Shown: one piece after another, positions 18,416-28,400 of the stretch
Layout: the number at the start of each line of letters is the position of its first letter
How positions within the stretch are numbered: position 1 is the stretch's first letter
Assembly: GCA_049322255.1 (NCBI GenBank)
Contig: JBMORE010000190.1
Location: 1 to 46,790, forward strand
Reading direction: 5' to 3'
Length of the DNA stretch: 46,790 bases
Source of the DNA: Myxococcota bacterium
Lineage (GTDB): Bacteria; Myxococcota; Myxococcia; Myxococcales; Myxococcaceae
The notes under the pieces: model-generated
What the model was told of the DNA's origin: nothing
Database searches by the model: none
What the model saw: only the letters and a program-made list of their open reading frames with translations
Program-made: the position numbers and the translations under genes

Positions 18416-19078
18416 CTACCCGCGCAACGAGGCAATCGCCTTCGCATAGTCCTTCGCGCCGAAGACGTAGCTACCGGCGACGAGCACGTTCGCGCCTGCC
18501 TCGCGCACCAGCTTCGCCGTCTTCTCGTTCACTCCGCCGTCGATCTCGATGTCGACCGACAGCCCATGTTCGTCCACCATCCGTTTGAGCCTCTTCACTC
18601 GCTCCACCGCCCCGGGAATGAAGCTCTGCCCCCCAAAGCCGGGGTTGACGCTCATCACCAGCACCATGTCGACGTCGGCGAGTACTTCTTCCACTGCGCT
18701 CAAGGGCGTCGCCGGGTTGAGCACCACGGCCGGTCGCGCCCCGGTCTGCCGAATCTGCTGCACGGTGCGGTGCAGGTGCGGGCACGCCTCCACGTGCACG
18801 GTGAGCACGTTCGCGCCCGCCCTGGCGAAGTCGGAGACGTACTTCTCCGGCTCGACGATCATCAAATGAACATCGAGCGGGAGCCGGGTCACCTTCTTCA
18901 CAGCCTCCACCACCAACGGGCCGATGGTGATGTTGGGCACGAAGCGCCCGTCCATCACGTCGAGGTGCACCCAGTCGGCGCCGGCACGCTCGATGGCGGT
19001 GACCTCCTCGGCCAGGCGGCCAAAGTCCGCCGAGAGAAGAGAAGGAGCCACCAGAACCTTCGAGGCGCGTGCGCTCAT
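18416..19078 (-). CDS. rpe: Ribulose-phosphate 3-epimerase
   Basis: [44 protein letters not shown] motifs. Confidence 0.97.
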   Translation of the reverse strand: MSARASKVLVAPSLLSADFGRLAEEVTAIERAGADWVHLDVMDGRFVPNITIGPLVVEAVKKVTRLPLDVHLMIVEPEKYVSDFARAGANVLTVHVEACPHLHRTVQQIRQTGARPAVVLNPATPLSAVEEVLADVDMVLVMSVNPGFGGQSFIPGAVERVKRLKRMVDEHGLSVDIEIDGGVNEKTAKLVREAGANVLVAGSYVFGAKDYAKAIASLRG

Positions 19079-19121
19079 GGCGGCTTCTTACCTTTTGGCC
19101 GTGCTAAAAGCGAAAGGCTCC

Positions 19122-20633
19122 ATGAGCGCGCAAGCCAAGCCCGTGGTCCCGCCAGAGCACCTGGCGCGGCGGGTACAGAAGCTGACCTCGATTCTCGAGG
19201 TCGCCAAGGCGATGACCGCCGAGCGGGACCTCGACACCTTGCTCCCGCTCATTCTCTTCGAGGCCGCCAAAGTAGTGGAGGCCGATCGCTGCTCGCTCTT
19301 CATCCTCGACCGCGAGCGCGGCGAGCTGTGGAGCCGCATCGCCATGGGCGCCAAGCAGGAGATTCGCGTTCCCGTGGGCAGCGGCATCGCCGGCACGGTG
19401 GCGAAGAAGGGCGAGAGCATCAACATCGTCGATGCCTACAACGACGAGCGCTTCAACCGCTCCTTCGATCTCACCCAGGGCTACCGGACCAAGAGCATCC
19501 TCTGCGTGCCGATGCGTGACGCCAAGGGAGAGATTTCCGGCGTCTTACAAGCGCTCAACGCCATCGACGGCGCCTTCGACTCGGAGGACGAGGAGCTCCT
19601 GGTGGCCCTGGGCGGGCAGGCGGCGGCGGCGATCGAGAACGCCCTGCTCCACGAGGAGATCAACCGGCTCTTCGAGGGCTTCGTGAACGCTTCGGTGGTG
19701 GCGATCGAGTCGCGCGACCCCACCACCGCCGGCCACTCCGGCCGGGTGGCCTCGCTCACCGTCACCCTCGCCGAGGCGGTGGAGCACCTCACCACCGGCC
19801 CGTACGCCCACACCCGCTTCAGCCCCGAGGACATCCAGGAGCTGCGCTACGCCTCTTTGCTCCACGACTTCGGCAAGGTGGGAGTGCGCGAGCCGGTGTT
19901 GGTGAAGGCGGAAAAGCTCTACCCGCATGAGCTCGAGCTCTTACGCCACCGCTTCGACCTGGCGCGCAAAGACCGCGAGCTCCAGTCCTTCCGGCGGCGC
20001 GCGGAGACGCTCAAGCTCCGCGGCAACAACGCCTGGAACGAAATCGAACAAGAAGAGTCCGAGCGGCTGCAGCGAGAGCTCGCCGAGCTCGACCAAGCCT
20101 TCGACTTCGTGCTCGCCTGCAACCGACCCACCCTGCTCGCCCAGGGTGGCTTCGAGAAGCTCTCCTCCCTGGGCGGCTTGCGCTTTTTCGATGGGAAAGG
20201 TGCCGAGCAGGCGCTGCTGACCTCGGACGAAGTTCAAGTGCTCTCCATTCCCAAAGGCTCGCTCTCGCCGGTGGAGCGCACGGAAATCGAATCGCACGTC
20301 ACCCATACCTTCCGCTTCCTCTCGCAGATTCCCTGGACGCGCGCCTTGCGCCGGGTGCCGGAGATTGCTTACGCCCACCACGAGAAGCTCGACGGCAAGG
20401 GCTACCCGCGCTCCATTGCCGCCGCCCAAATACCGGTGCAGTCGAAGATGATGGCCATCTCCGACATCTACGACGCGCTCACCGCCAGCGACCGTCCCTA
20501 CAAGAAGGCGGTGCCGCACCCCAAGGCGCTCGACATCCTCCGGATGGAGGCCGACGGCGGGCAAATCGACAAGCACCTCTTCGAGGTCTTCGTCGAAGCC
20601 GACGTGTCGCGGCGGGCGCTCAAGCACAAGTGA
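19122..20633 (+). CDS. GAF + HD-GYP cyclic-dinucleotide phosphodiesterase
   Basis: GAF ('ADRCSLF', 'GIAG.V', 'D.RFN..D..GYRTKSILCVP'), then 'SRDPTTAGHS', 'LLHDFGK', 'HHEKLDGKGYP', 'DIYDALTASDRPYK'. ATG 19122 avoids overlap with rpe. Confidence 0.9.
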   Translation: MSAQAKPVVPPEHLARRVQKLTSILEVAKAMTAERDLDTLLPLILFEAAKVVEADRCSLFILDRERGELWSRIAMGAKQEIRVPVGSGIAGTVAKKGESINIVDAYNDERFNRSFDLTQGYRTKSILCVPMRDAKGEISGVLQALNAIDGAFDSEDEELLVALGGQAAAAIENALLHEEINRLFEGFVNASVVAIESRDPTTAGHSGRVASLTVTLAEAVEHLTTGPYAHTRFSPEDIQELRYASLLHDFGKVGVREPVLVKAEKLYPHELELLRHRFDLARKDRELQSFRRRAETLKLRGNNAWNEIEQEESERLQRELAELDQAFDFVLACNRPTLLAQGGFEKLSSLGGLRFFDGKGAEQALLTSDEVQVLSIPKGSLSPVERTEIESHVTHTFRFLSQIPWTRALRRVPEIAYAHHEKLDGKGYPRSIAAAQIPVQSKMMAISDIYDALTASDRPYKKAVPHPKALDILRMEADGGQIDKHLFEVFVEADVSRRALKHK

Positions 20634-20750
20634 GGCTCGTCCTTATCGTCTTTGGGGAGACCAACCTGATTTTTCGTCCGAGCGCCGGCGTTTTTGACCA
20701 TCGCAGCGCCTCGTTGAACGGGCATACGAAGGAGCAACTCGGAGGGTCTG

Positions 20751-21137
20751 ATGACTCGACTGCTCAAGCTCCTTTGCCTGATGACCAGCGTCGGTTGTGG
20801 CCCGCTTCCTACGGGCGAAAAGGACGCCGGGGAGGTGAATGCCGTCTCACCGCCGTCGACTCGCCCCGAGTGCGGACCGCAGACGTGTACCGGTTGTTGC
20901 CTCGACGGCGTCTGCCGAGTCATCGGCCTGTCCACCTGCGGTCTTGCGGGAAGTGCCTGCGTCGCGTGTGATCCGTTCGGCGAGTTCTGTTCCACCCAGG
21001 GCGTCTGCACCCCCTTCGATTCCGGTCCGCGCTCTGCGCCCCGAACACCCTGTACGGGTGAGGGCTGCGAGCTGCAAAAAACCAAAGAAGGCCTCCAAGA
21101 CGACCGCTATTGCCGCGCGGCAGGCTCGTTCTGCTAA
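20751..21137 (+). CDS. Cys-rich myxobacterial-type lipoprotein
   Basis: GGAGG RBS, lipobox SVGC, 14 further Cys including 'CGPQTCTGCC...C...CG..G..C..C'. Confidence 0.65.
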   Translation: MTRLLKLLCLMTSVGCGPLPTGEKDAGEVNAVSPPSTRPECGPQTCTGCCLDGVCRVIGLSTCGLAGSACVACDPFGEFCSTQGVCTPFDSGPRSAPRTPCTGEGCELQKTKEGLQDDRYCRAAGSFC

Positions 21138-21148
21138 ACCGTCCTCTC

Positions 21149-22498
21149 ATGGCCAAGCCTCAAAAGCCGGCGAGCCAGGTGATGGAGCTCCTCCTTCACG
21201 TCGCCGAGCGGATGGGCTTCGGCTCCGACCGACAATTGGCCGAGCTGGTCGGCGTCACCCCGGAGAACGTGGCCAACTGGCGCAGCGGGCTGGTCAAGGA
21301 GCTCAAGGGGCAGACCCTTCAGCTGGTGAAGGAGGCGCTGGGCAACCAGCTCAAGAGCCTGCTCGAACAGGCGCGGGTGATGGCCGACGCGCCGCTCGAA
21401 GTGTGCCCCCTCGAGGTGGAAGACGGCTCGAGCCCCGCCGACCTGCAGCGTCAGTTCATCGATCGGGTGGCCTACGACTATCTGGGCCACCGTTTCCTCT
21501 ACTACGAGCCGCAAGGGGCGTTGGCCTGGGAGAACCTCATCCGGCAGGGTTACGAGCAAGAGGTCTGGCTCGCCGCGGTGGAAAAGTGTGCCCGCGCTTG
21601 GCTCGACACCGCCCGCGACGGTCAAGGCGATTGCAAGGGCCCACTCGCCGAGGCGCTGGGGCTGTCCCGCAAGGGGGCGCCGCGGGGCATCGACGTCATC
21701 GGCTTGGGGAGCGGCGAAGGTGCCAAGGAAGCGCTCCTCCTGCGTGCGCTGCTCGAGGTGGAGAAGAGCTCGGGCCAGCGCTTGAGCTGGCTGACCTTCG
21801 CTCCCATCGACGTATCCATTCCCCTCCTGCTCACCGCCGCCCGCAGCGCCCGGCAACTCTTGGCGGGCGCGCGTGGCCCTCTGGACGCAGCCAAGGCGGT
21901 GCTGCCCTTCTGCGCCGACTTCGAGGAGGGACGGCTCTCCTTCTTGCAGCGCCTTCCCACCACCTCGCGCCCTCCCGAGCAAGGAATCCGCCTCGTCGTC
22001 CTCTTGGGCAACACCTTCGGCAACCTGCGCAGCGAGGAGTCCTTTCTCCGCCACAAGCTCGTCCAGCTGGTACGGCCTGGCGATTTCGTTTGGCTGGAGG
22101 TCGGCGTGCGCTCATCGCGCGTCGAAGACGACCCTCTCTACGCCATGACCAAGTCCGACGGCGGCGAAGAAACCTCGGCGGTGGCCAATCGGCGCATCCT
22201 GCTCGAGGGGCCCTATCGCCGCTGGGAATCAGCGATGGGACGCCGGCCCGGCGCGCTCTCTTTACGCGTGTGGGTGAGGCAGAACGACGACTCCTGTCAC
22301 GTGCCCGGCTCGCTCAACTTTTGCCATGACCTGGTGCTTCGCGAGGATCGCCGAGTGTGCACGATGCTCTACAGCCGGCGCTACGACCTCGACGAGCTCT
22401 CCCGCTGGCTCGAGCGAATGCAGCTCTCCATCGAGCGCCGCTATCGCATCGAAGACAGCCGGCAGCAGGTGGCCCACCTTCTTCTTCGCCGCCGCTGA
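21149..22498 (+). CDS. N-terminal HTH fused to an EgtD-like (Methyltransf_33) SAM-dependent methyltransferase
   Basis: HTH 'SDRQLAELVGVTPENVANWRSG'. EgtD-like motifs 'HRFLYYEPQGALAW', 'GLGSGEGAKE', 'PIDVS', 'CADF', 'LLGNTFGNL', 'YSRRY'. Confidence 0.75.
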   Translation: MAKPQKPASQVMELLLHVAERMGFGSDRQLAELVGVTPENVANWRSGLVKELKGQTLQLVKEALGNQLKSLLEQARVMADAPLEVCPLEVEDGSSPADLQRQFIDRVAYDYLGHRFLYYEPQGALAWENLIRQGYEQEVWLAAVEKCARAWLDTARDGQGDCKGPLAEALGLSRKGAPRGIDVIGLGSGEGAKEALLLRALLEVEKSSGQRLSWLTFAPIDVSIPLLLTAARSARQLLAGARGPLDAAKAVLPFCADFEEGRLSFLQRLPTTSRPPEQGIRLVVLLGNTFGNLRSEESFLRHKLVQLVRPGDFVWLEVGVRSSRVEDDPLYAMTKSDGGEETSAVANRRILLEGPYRRWESAMGRRPGALSLRVWVRQNDDSCHVPGSLNFCHDLVLREDRRVCTMLYSRRYDLDELSRWLERMQLSIERRYRIEDSRQQVAHLLLRRR

Positions 22499-22500
22499 CG

Positions 22501-23931
22501 TCAGCCGGTGATGGTGTGTAGTCGCAAGGAGTTGATCTTCCCCGGCTGCCCCACCGGCGCGCCGAAGACGATGACCACCCGCTCGCCCTTGGTGGCGAGC
22601 CCGCGGGAGAGCAACTCCTCCTCCACGCGGCGCACCATCAGCTCGGTCTCCTGCATCGGTTCGAGCACCCGCGGCACCACGCCCCACAAAAGCGCCAGCC
22701 GTCGCCGCACCTCTTGGTTGGGGCTGAAGGCGATGATGGGCACCTGGGGGCGAAAACGCGACAACAGGCGCGCGGTGGTGCCGGTGAGGGTGAAGGCTGC
22801 AATGAGCGAGGCCCCAGACTCGCGCGCGGCGCGGCAGGCGATGCCGCAGATGACGTCGGGGAAGGGCGCGGGAATTCGCGCCGGCTCCCCCAGGCCGCTT
22901 TTCGTCCCCGAGAGCCGCATGGAGGACTCGGCGGCGAGGATGATCCGCTCCATCATCTGCACCGCCTCGACGGGGTACTTGCCCGAAGCCGTCTCCCCCG
23001 AGAGCATCAGCGCGTCGGTGCCGTCGAACACGGCGTTGGCCACGTCCGAGGCTTCGGCCCGCGTCGGCCGTGGGTGGTCGATCATCGAGTTGAGCATCTG
23101 GGTGGCGACGATGACCGGCAGCCCCCGCATGTTTGCGCGGCGGATGATGTCCTTCTGAATGGCGGGGACCTCCTCGGGAGGAAGCTCCACCCCCAAGTCC
23201 CCACGGGCCACCATCACCCCGTCGGCCTTGTCCAAAATGCCGTCCAGCCGCGCGAGCGCCTCGGGCTTCTCCAGCTTGGCGATGAGAGGCACCTGGCGCC
23301 CCGCTCCCCCCATCGCCGCCCGTGCCAGGTCGAGGTCTTGCGGGTTACGCACGAAGGAGAGCGCCACGAAATCCACTCCGGCCTTGATGCCGAAGACCAA
23401 GTCATCGCGGTCTTTGGGGGTGAGCGCCTCGGCGCGCAGCGCCACCCCGGGCAGATTGATGCCCTTGTGGTCGCGCAACGCCCCTCCGTGAACCACCTCG
23501 GTGCGCACCAGCGTCTTTTTGTCCGTGAACTTCACCCGCAGCTCGAGCAAGCCGTCGTCGAGCAAAATTCGGTCTCCCACGTTCACGTCGGAGGCCAAGT
23601 GAGGGTAGGTGGTGGAGACCACCTCTTCGTTGCCCAACGTCCCCTCGTCGGTGGTGATGGCAAACTCCTTGCCCTCCACCAGGTGGATTTCCCCCTTCTC
23701 CAGCCGCCCGGTACGAATCTTCGGGCCCTGCAGGTCGCCCAAGATGCCTACCGCCTTGCGCACCTTGAGGGAGGCCGCCCGCAGCCGCTCGATGGTCTGG
23801 GCATGCTGCTCGTGCGAGCCGTGGGAGAAGTTGAGGCGGGCCACGTCCATGCCAGCGGCGAGCAGCCGCTCCAGCATGTCCTGACCGAGGCTGGCCGGGC
23901 CCACCGTGCACACAATCTTCGCTCGACGCAT
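22501..23931 (-). CDS. pyk: Pyruvate kinase
   Basis: KIVCTVGPAS, ARLNFSHG, DLQGPKIR, MVARGDLGVE, ATQML.SM, PTRAEASDVANA, MLSGETA motifs. Confidence 0.97.
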   Translation of the reverse strand: MRRAKIVCTVGPASLGQDMLERLLAAGMDVARLNFSHGSHEQHAQTIERLRAASLKVRKAVGILGDLQGPKIRTGRLEKGEIHLVEGKEFAITTDEGTLGNEEVVSTTYPHLASDVNVGDRILLDDGLLELRVKFTDKKTLVRTEVVHGGALRDHKGINLPGVALRAEALTPKDRDDLVFGIKAGVDFVALSFVRNPQDLDLARAAMGGAGRQVPLIAKLEKPEALARLDGILDKADGVMVARGDLGVELPPEEVPAIQKDIIRRANMRGLPVIVATQMLNSMIDHPRPTRAEASDVANAVFDGTDALMLSGETASGKYPVEAVQMMERIILAAESSMRLSGTKSGLGEPARIPAPFPDVICGIACRAARESGASLIAAFTLTGTTARLLSRFRPQVPIIAFSPNQEVRRRLALLWGVVPRVLEPMQETELMVRRVEEELLSRGLATKGERVVIVFGAPVGQPGKINSLRLHTITG

Positions 23932-23954
23932 TTAGGCGGCAGGTTATAGGGGAC

Positions 23955-24716
23955 CTAGCCGCGCAAAAGCACCCGCAAGTTCTGCTTCTCCCAGCGAATC
24001 GCCGCCTCGTAGAAGGGAAAGGCCTTCTCCCGGTCGCGGAAGGCGCGCGGGTGGTGCACCTTGCGCTCGCTCCGGCCACTGCTGGGGAAGAGCTGGTGAA
24101 GCATCTCGTGAAAGACGATGAACTCGACGAAGAACGCCGGCACCTCTGGGCGGTCGAGCGCCGGGTGAATGCGGATCTCTCGCGTTTGGTGGTCGTAGAC
24201 CCCCAGCCGAATGGACTTGCGCCGTCGCTTGAACGGCATGCGGCCCCAACCGATTTTCGCCTGGATGCCGCCCTGAAAGTGTTGCCGGTTCACCCGTTCG
24301 AAGATGGCGCCCAAATCGAAGCACCGCCCCCGGGGGTTGAGGTCGGGATCGCGCCGCCCGTCTTGGCGAATGAGCGGCTGCCGGCCACGAATGAAGTCGT
24401 CGAGCACCGGCCCCGCGCCGTGGCGGCCCCGCCCGGCGTAGTCGGCGATCGCCCGCACCACCCGTTCGGGAGCGTCGAGGAACATGTGGTGCACCCGCAG
24501 GCGCAAGGTCGAAGGCGCACGCCGAAAGCTGACCATCGTCGAGCGGTTGTCGGTGACCGACAGCCGCACCGGCAGTCCCAGCTCCCGCGAGAGCCGGTGA
24601 GCGAGGTACTCGGCCTTGACGAGAACCTCTTCCCGCGAGGGAAGCGGTCTGGGCAACGCCCCCGAGCGCGCCATCTGCGGATCGAACAGCGAAAGCTGGA
24701 ACGGTGCCTGCGTCAC
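23955..24716 (-). CDS. SprT-like/M48-related zinc metallopeptidase domain protein
   Basis: 'IRLGVYD....IRIHPALD..VP.FFVEFIVFHEMLH...HHPRAFR.RE' (HExxH). Confidence 0.7.
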   Translation of the reverse strand: MTQAPFQLSLFDPQMARSGALPRPLPSREEVLVKAEYLAHRLSRELGLPVRLSVTDNRSTMVSFRRAPSTLRLRVHHMFLDAPERVVRAIADYAGRGRHGAGPVLDDFIRGRQPLIRQDGRRDPDLNPRGRCFDLGAIFERVNRQHFQGGIQAKIGWGRMPFKRRRKSIRLGVYDHQTREIRIHPALDRPEVPAFFVEFIVFHEMLHQLFPSSGRSERKVHHPRAFRDREKAFPFYEAAIRWEKQNLRVLLRG

Positions 24717-24783
24717 GACGCCAACGATCCTATCCGCCGGCTTCGTGGACTCAAGACACCCGCCGGCACGCCGTCACGTGCGC

Positions 24784-25353
24784 TCAACGTTCGCGCTTGC
24801 GTTTGCCGTGCGAATCGACCTCGATGCGCAGCCGCTCGCCTAACGCTTCGACCCGTGCGCGATCAAGCCCGAACGCAGCGAGCACCTCGTCCATCGAGCT
24901 TGCCTCTTCCACCGCCAAACACGCCCCACCCTCCTCACGTGCGGTTTCGAGCGCTCCGTGGCGCGCCACCGCCACGCTCCAGCTTCCGTCGGGGTAGCGC
25001 TCGAACGGGTAGAGCAGACAGGCGGTGGGCCTCACCTCGAGGGAAAGCTGGCATCCCCGCGCCTCGTGGAGAAACACGCAACGCGCTCGCCCATCGCCCA
25101 CCGGCACCCGGCGTAATGTCCACCTGCCTTGACCCTGGCGGAAATAGCCACGGAAGAGGGGACGCAGCTCCTCGTAGCGCCGCGCTTCCTCGAGGCCGAG
25201 CCACTCGACCTCGGCGAAGCGGCCCACGGCCCAGCCAGTGTGTGCGGCGATACGCGCGAGGTCGGCATCGGTCAGAGTCGCCAGCGCCTCGCCTTCAGCG
25301 CTCTCGCAGCACGAGCTGCCCAACACCTTGGGGCACCGCGCACAGACACTCAC
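24784..25353 (-). CDS. YkgJ-family cysteine-cluster (Zn/Fe-chelating) protein
   Basis: CARC....SCCE, 'CVFL....GCQL....RP.ACLLYPF'. Start GTG 25353 (alternative TTG 25365). Confidence 0.7.
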   Translation of the reverse strand: MSVCARCPKVLGSSCCESAEGEALATLTDADLARIAAHTGWAVGRFAEVEWLGLEEARRYEELRPLFRGYFRQGQGRWTLRRVPVGDGRARCVFLHEARGCQLSLEVRPTACLLYPFERYPDGSWSVAVARHGALETAREEGGACLAVEEASSMDEVLAAFGLDRARVEALGERLRIEVDSHGKRKRER

Positions 25354-25363
25354 CGCATCACCC

Positions 25364-25406
25364 AAAAGACGAAGCGCCCGGATTGGTCGTCCGGGCGCCG
25401 TCGTTT
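25364..25406 (-). terminator. Probable intrinsic terminator of the metalloprotease operon
   Basis: Minus strand GCGCCCGGA-cgaccaa-TCCGGGCGC stem followed by TTCGTCTTTT, about 22 nt after the stop at 25429. Confidence 0.6.
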
Positions 25407-25428
25407 CAGCTCAGGATCAAACCAATTT

Positions 25429-28400
25429 TCAGATGGCCCGGCCGAAGATGTTGTACAGGCCGCGCATGATTTCCAAGCTGCGCACCAGCTCACGCGTCTT
25501 GGCCTCCCACTGTGCGGTGGTCAGCCCCTGGTAGGTGCCCGTGGAGGAGGCCGCCGCCAAATCCCAGTTCGCCTTGTACTGCTGGGCGGTGAGAATGATT
25601 TGCGGCGCCGGCGGAGGAGCGGGGTCATTGTCCTTCTTCACCGCGGCGTAGATGTACCCACCGAACGGGTCGGCGAACTGCACCACCGAGTAACCCGCCG
25701 CCGGCGTGATTTGCTCGCCGGAGCCGAGCCGGTAAACCTGGTTCTGACTGGCGAAGTCCTGGTTGAAGTTCTCGGTGAAGAACGCCATGCCGTACACCTG
25801 GGCATAGAAGCGGGTGCCCCAGGTGGGCGAGGCCTCGACCTTCTCCATCGGCAGCGCCGAGCCTGAGCCATCGAGCAGACGCGGCGGCGGCGGCGGATAG
25901 TTGAAGTCGGCGATGAAGTCTTCCCCGCGGACGAACTGGGGTGACACCACCGTGGCCAGGCCGTTGCCGGTCTTCACCAGCGAGGAGCCGTAACGGCTGC
26001 GGTCCTCCGACCACACCGCGCCATACACGTTCGACAGCTCACGGTCGAAGGTCATGTAATAGGGCAGCGAGTAGCGCAGCGCGTCCGAGCCACGGTCCAC
26101 CCCGAGGAAATTGGTGCTCGAGCTGGCGAGCGCACTGATCGCCATCACCTGATCCCAGAAGTGCCCCACCTCGTTCACGCGGGTGAAGAAGTCGTACCCG
26201 TCGCTCTCGAACAGGGTGTACATGCTGCGGCCGGGCCCGCGGGGCACGTACACCACGTCGGTGAAGCCCTGGGCCAGCGTGCTCTGGATGTAGTTGGTCT
26301 CGAGCGAATCGGGCAGCCGCGCGTTGTCCGGCTTGTTGGTGGATAGGTGCACCCAGCTCCCGCTGGGCAGCTTGCCGTGGTACCCGGTGGAGGGCGTCGC
26401 CAGCTGCCGCAACAAGGTGTTGGTGCCATCGATGACCGCCATCGTCCAGTAGTTCTGGAAGATGGGGTCTCCCACGCCGAAATACTGCTCCATCTGCTCG
26501 GCGGTCAGGTCGTAGTAGTCCTGCAGCCAGAAGATGTTGAACAGCCACTGTTGGTACACGTTGGGCAGGTTCATCGTGTAACGGTCGATGCGATTCCAAT
26601 AGCTGTCGGGCCCGAAGCCGAAGCGGTCACGCTTGAATGCGTTGAAGACGTAGTCTTCCTGGTAGCGGGTAATCCACTCGTTGGTCACTTCGAAGACGTC
26701 GGCTCCGAAGTCCCACCGGTTGCAGGCGATGTGTGCACCCACTTCGTAGTCGGAGCAGTACATGTACGGCACTTCGACCGGCATGCCTGGAGCCGTCCTC
26801 CCGACGATGTCGCGTGCCGCTGTCCAGTCGGGCTCGTTCCAGCTACCCAAATTGCGCTGCCAGTCGAAGTAGACCTTCTCCAGCTTGTCGTAGAGCGCCT
26901 CGAGCTCGCTCCACTTGCGATAGGAGCGGTTGCCCATGCGCTTCACGCCCTGATCGAGCATCTGCTCGAAGGTCTGGTTGGTGTCGGCGAAGTGGAAGGG
27001 CAGCGTCGTGTAGTGGAACCGGTCGGTGTAGAAGTTGGAGACCGGCGTGTAGTGCTGCACGTGCGCCAGCGGAATCTCGGTGTGCGCGCCGCGAACCACC
27101 AACTGTTTGGCCAGGTTGTCGGTGGGCATCGCCACGTTGGGGTTCTCGTAGTCGCGCGGGGTCTTTCCACGGGTTTCGTTGAAGACCTCGACCCAGCCCG
27201 GTTCCCCGCCACCGGCGTAGGCGAAGAGGATGGCCGCCTGGTCGTACTTGCCGATGCCGCGGTCGACCCAGAAACGCATGCTGTAGTCCATGATCGACGA
27301 GTACTGGTAGTCGGCCATCCGGGCGTCGATCTGCATCTGGTTCTGCCGCGTGGCGTCGAGCAGATTCTGCGGCGACAGCGGTAACACGCGCTGGCCACCG
27401 ACCATCACCCCGATGGTGTCCTTGCGCAAGTCCCAATAACCGTCTTTGTAGTTGAGAGCGTCGAACGAGCCGATGAAGTTGTGGGTCAGCCCCAGAGTGT
27501 GACCGACCTCGTGCTCGCCGATGTGGCGGGTGAGCGCGTTACGCAGGTGGTTGTACACCGTGTTCCGGGCCAGCTTCTTGGCCTCGGCAGCGCTGTGGCC
27601 CTGGCTGAGAAGCTCGGCGCTCTTGGCGTCGAAGAGCTTCTTCATGTCCTTGGCCATGCCCGCCGCATGATCGTCGGCGAACTCGGCCAAGTAGAGACAG
27701 CCACCGTTGTTGATACGGGCCGCCTTCTCCAGCCGCTCCCTTTGGAGCCGCTTGAGCTCGCCCAGGTTGAGCATGGTCTGACGCGCCACCGTACGGAAGA
27801 GCGATGCATCGCTCTCCAGCTTGCGTCGCAGCTCGGCGTTGGGCGCGCTGGCCAGCACCATCGCCCGCACTTCGGGGAGGTTGATGAGCTCGGACTCGAG
27901 AGCAGGATTGTTGGCGATGAGCTGGTCCACCACTTCGCGGCGATCTTGCCTAAACAGCGGCAGGTGGCCCTTGGTCTTCGCGGCGTCGATCTGCGCCTTG
28001 AGGGTTCCGCGAATACCGGCGAAGGACGCTGCCGGACGTTGCGGGTCGGAGACGAGCGGCTGGCCGGAGGTGGCCGGGCCGCTGGCCTGACGGCGGGGGT
28101 CGGTGGGATTTAGGTGCTCGAAGACGTAGTCGCGAATGTCTTTGCCGCTGATCAGGTCTTCGAGAGCAAGGTCGCCGTTGAGAACGTCGACCATCTGCTG
28201 TGTGCTGCCGGCGATGGCGTCGATGCCCGCCCCGTAGATGTTGGCCACACCTTGGATGATTTCCCCCGTTTCCGGATCGGCGGCCGAGGGGCCCAGGCCC
28301 AAGGGGCCTGCCAGCTGCGGCTGGTCAATCCACGGAATCTGGTTGTAGCGGAGGTCGCCCAGCCGCACGGTGAGGCCCTGAGGCCCGCACGCGGCGGGAG

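Noticed and set aside
21149..22498. Calling the gene egtD of an ergothioneine pathway
   Set aside because: It has an extra HTH, divergent motifs and no neighbouring egt genes.
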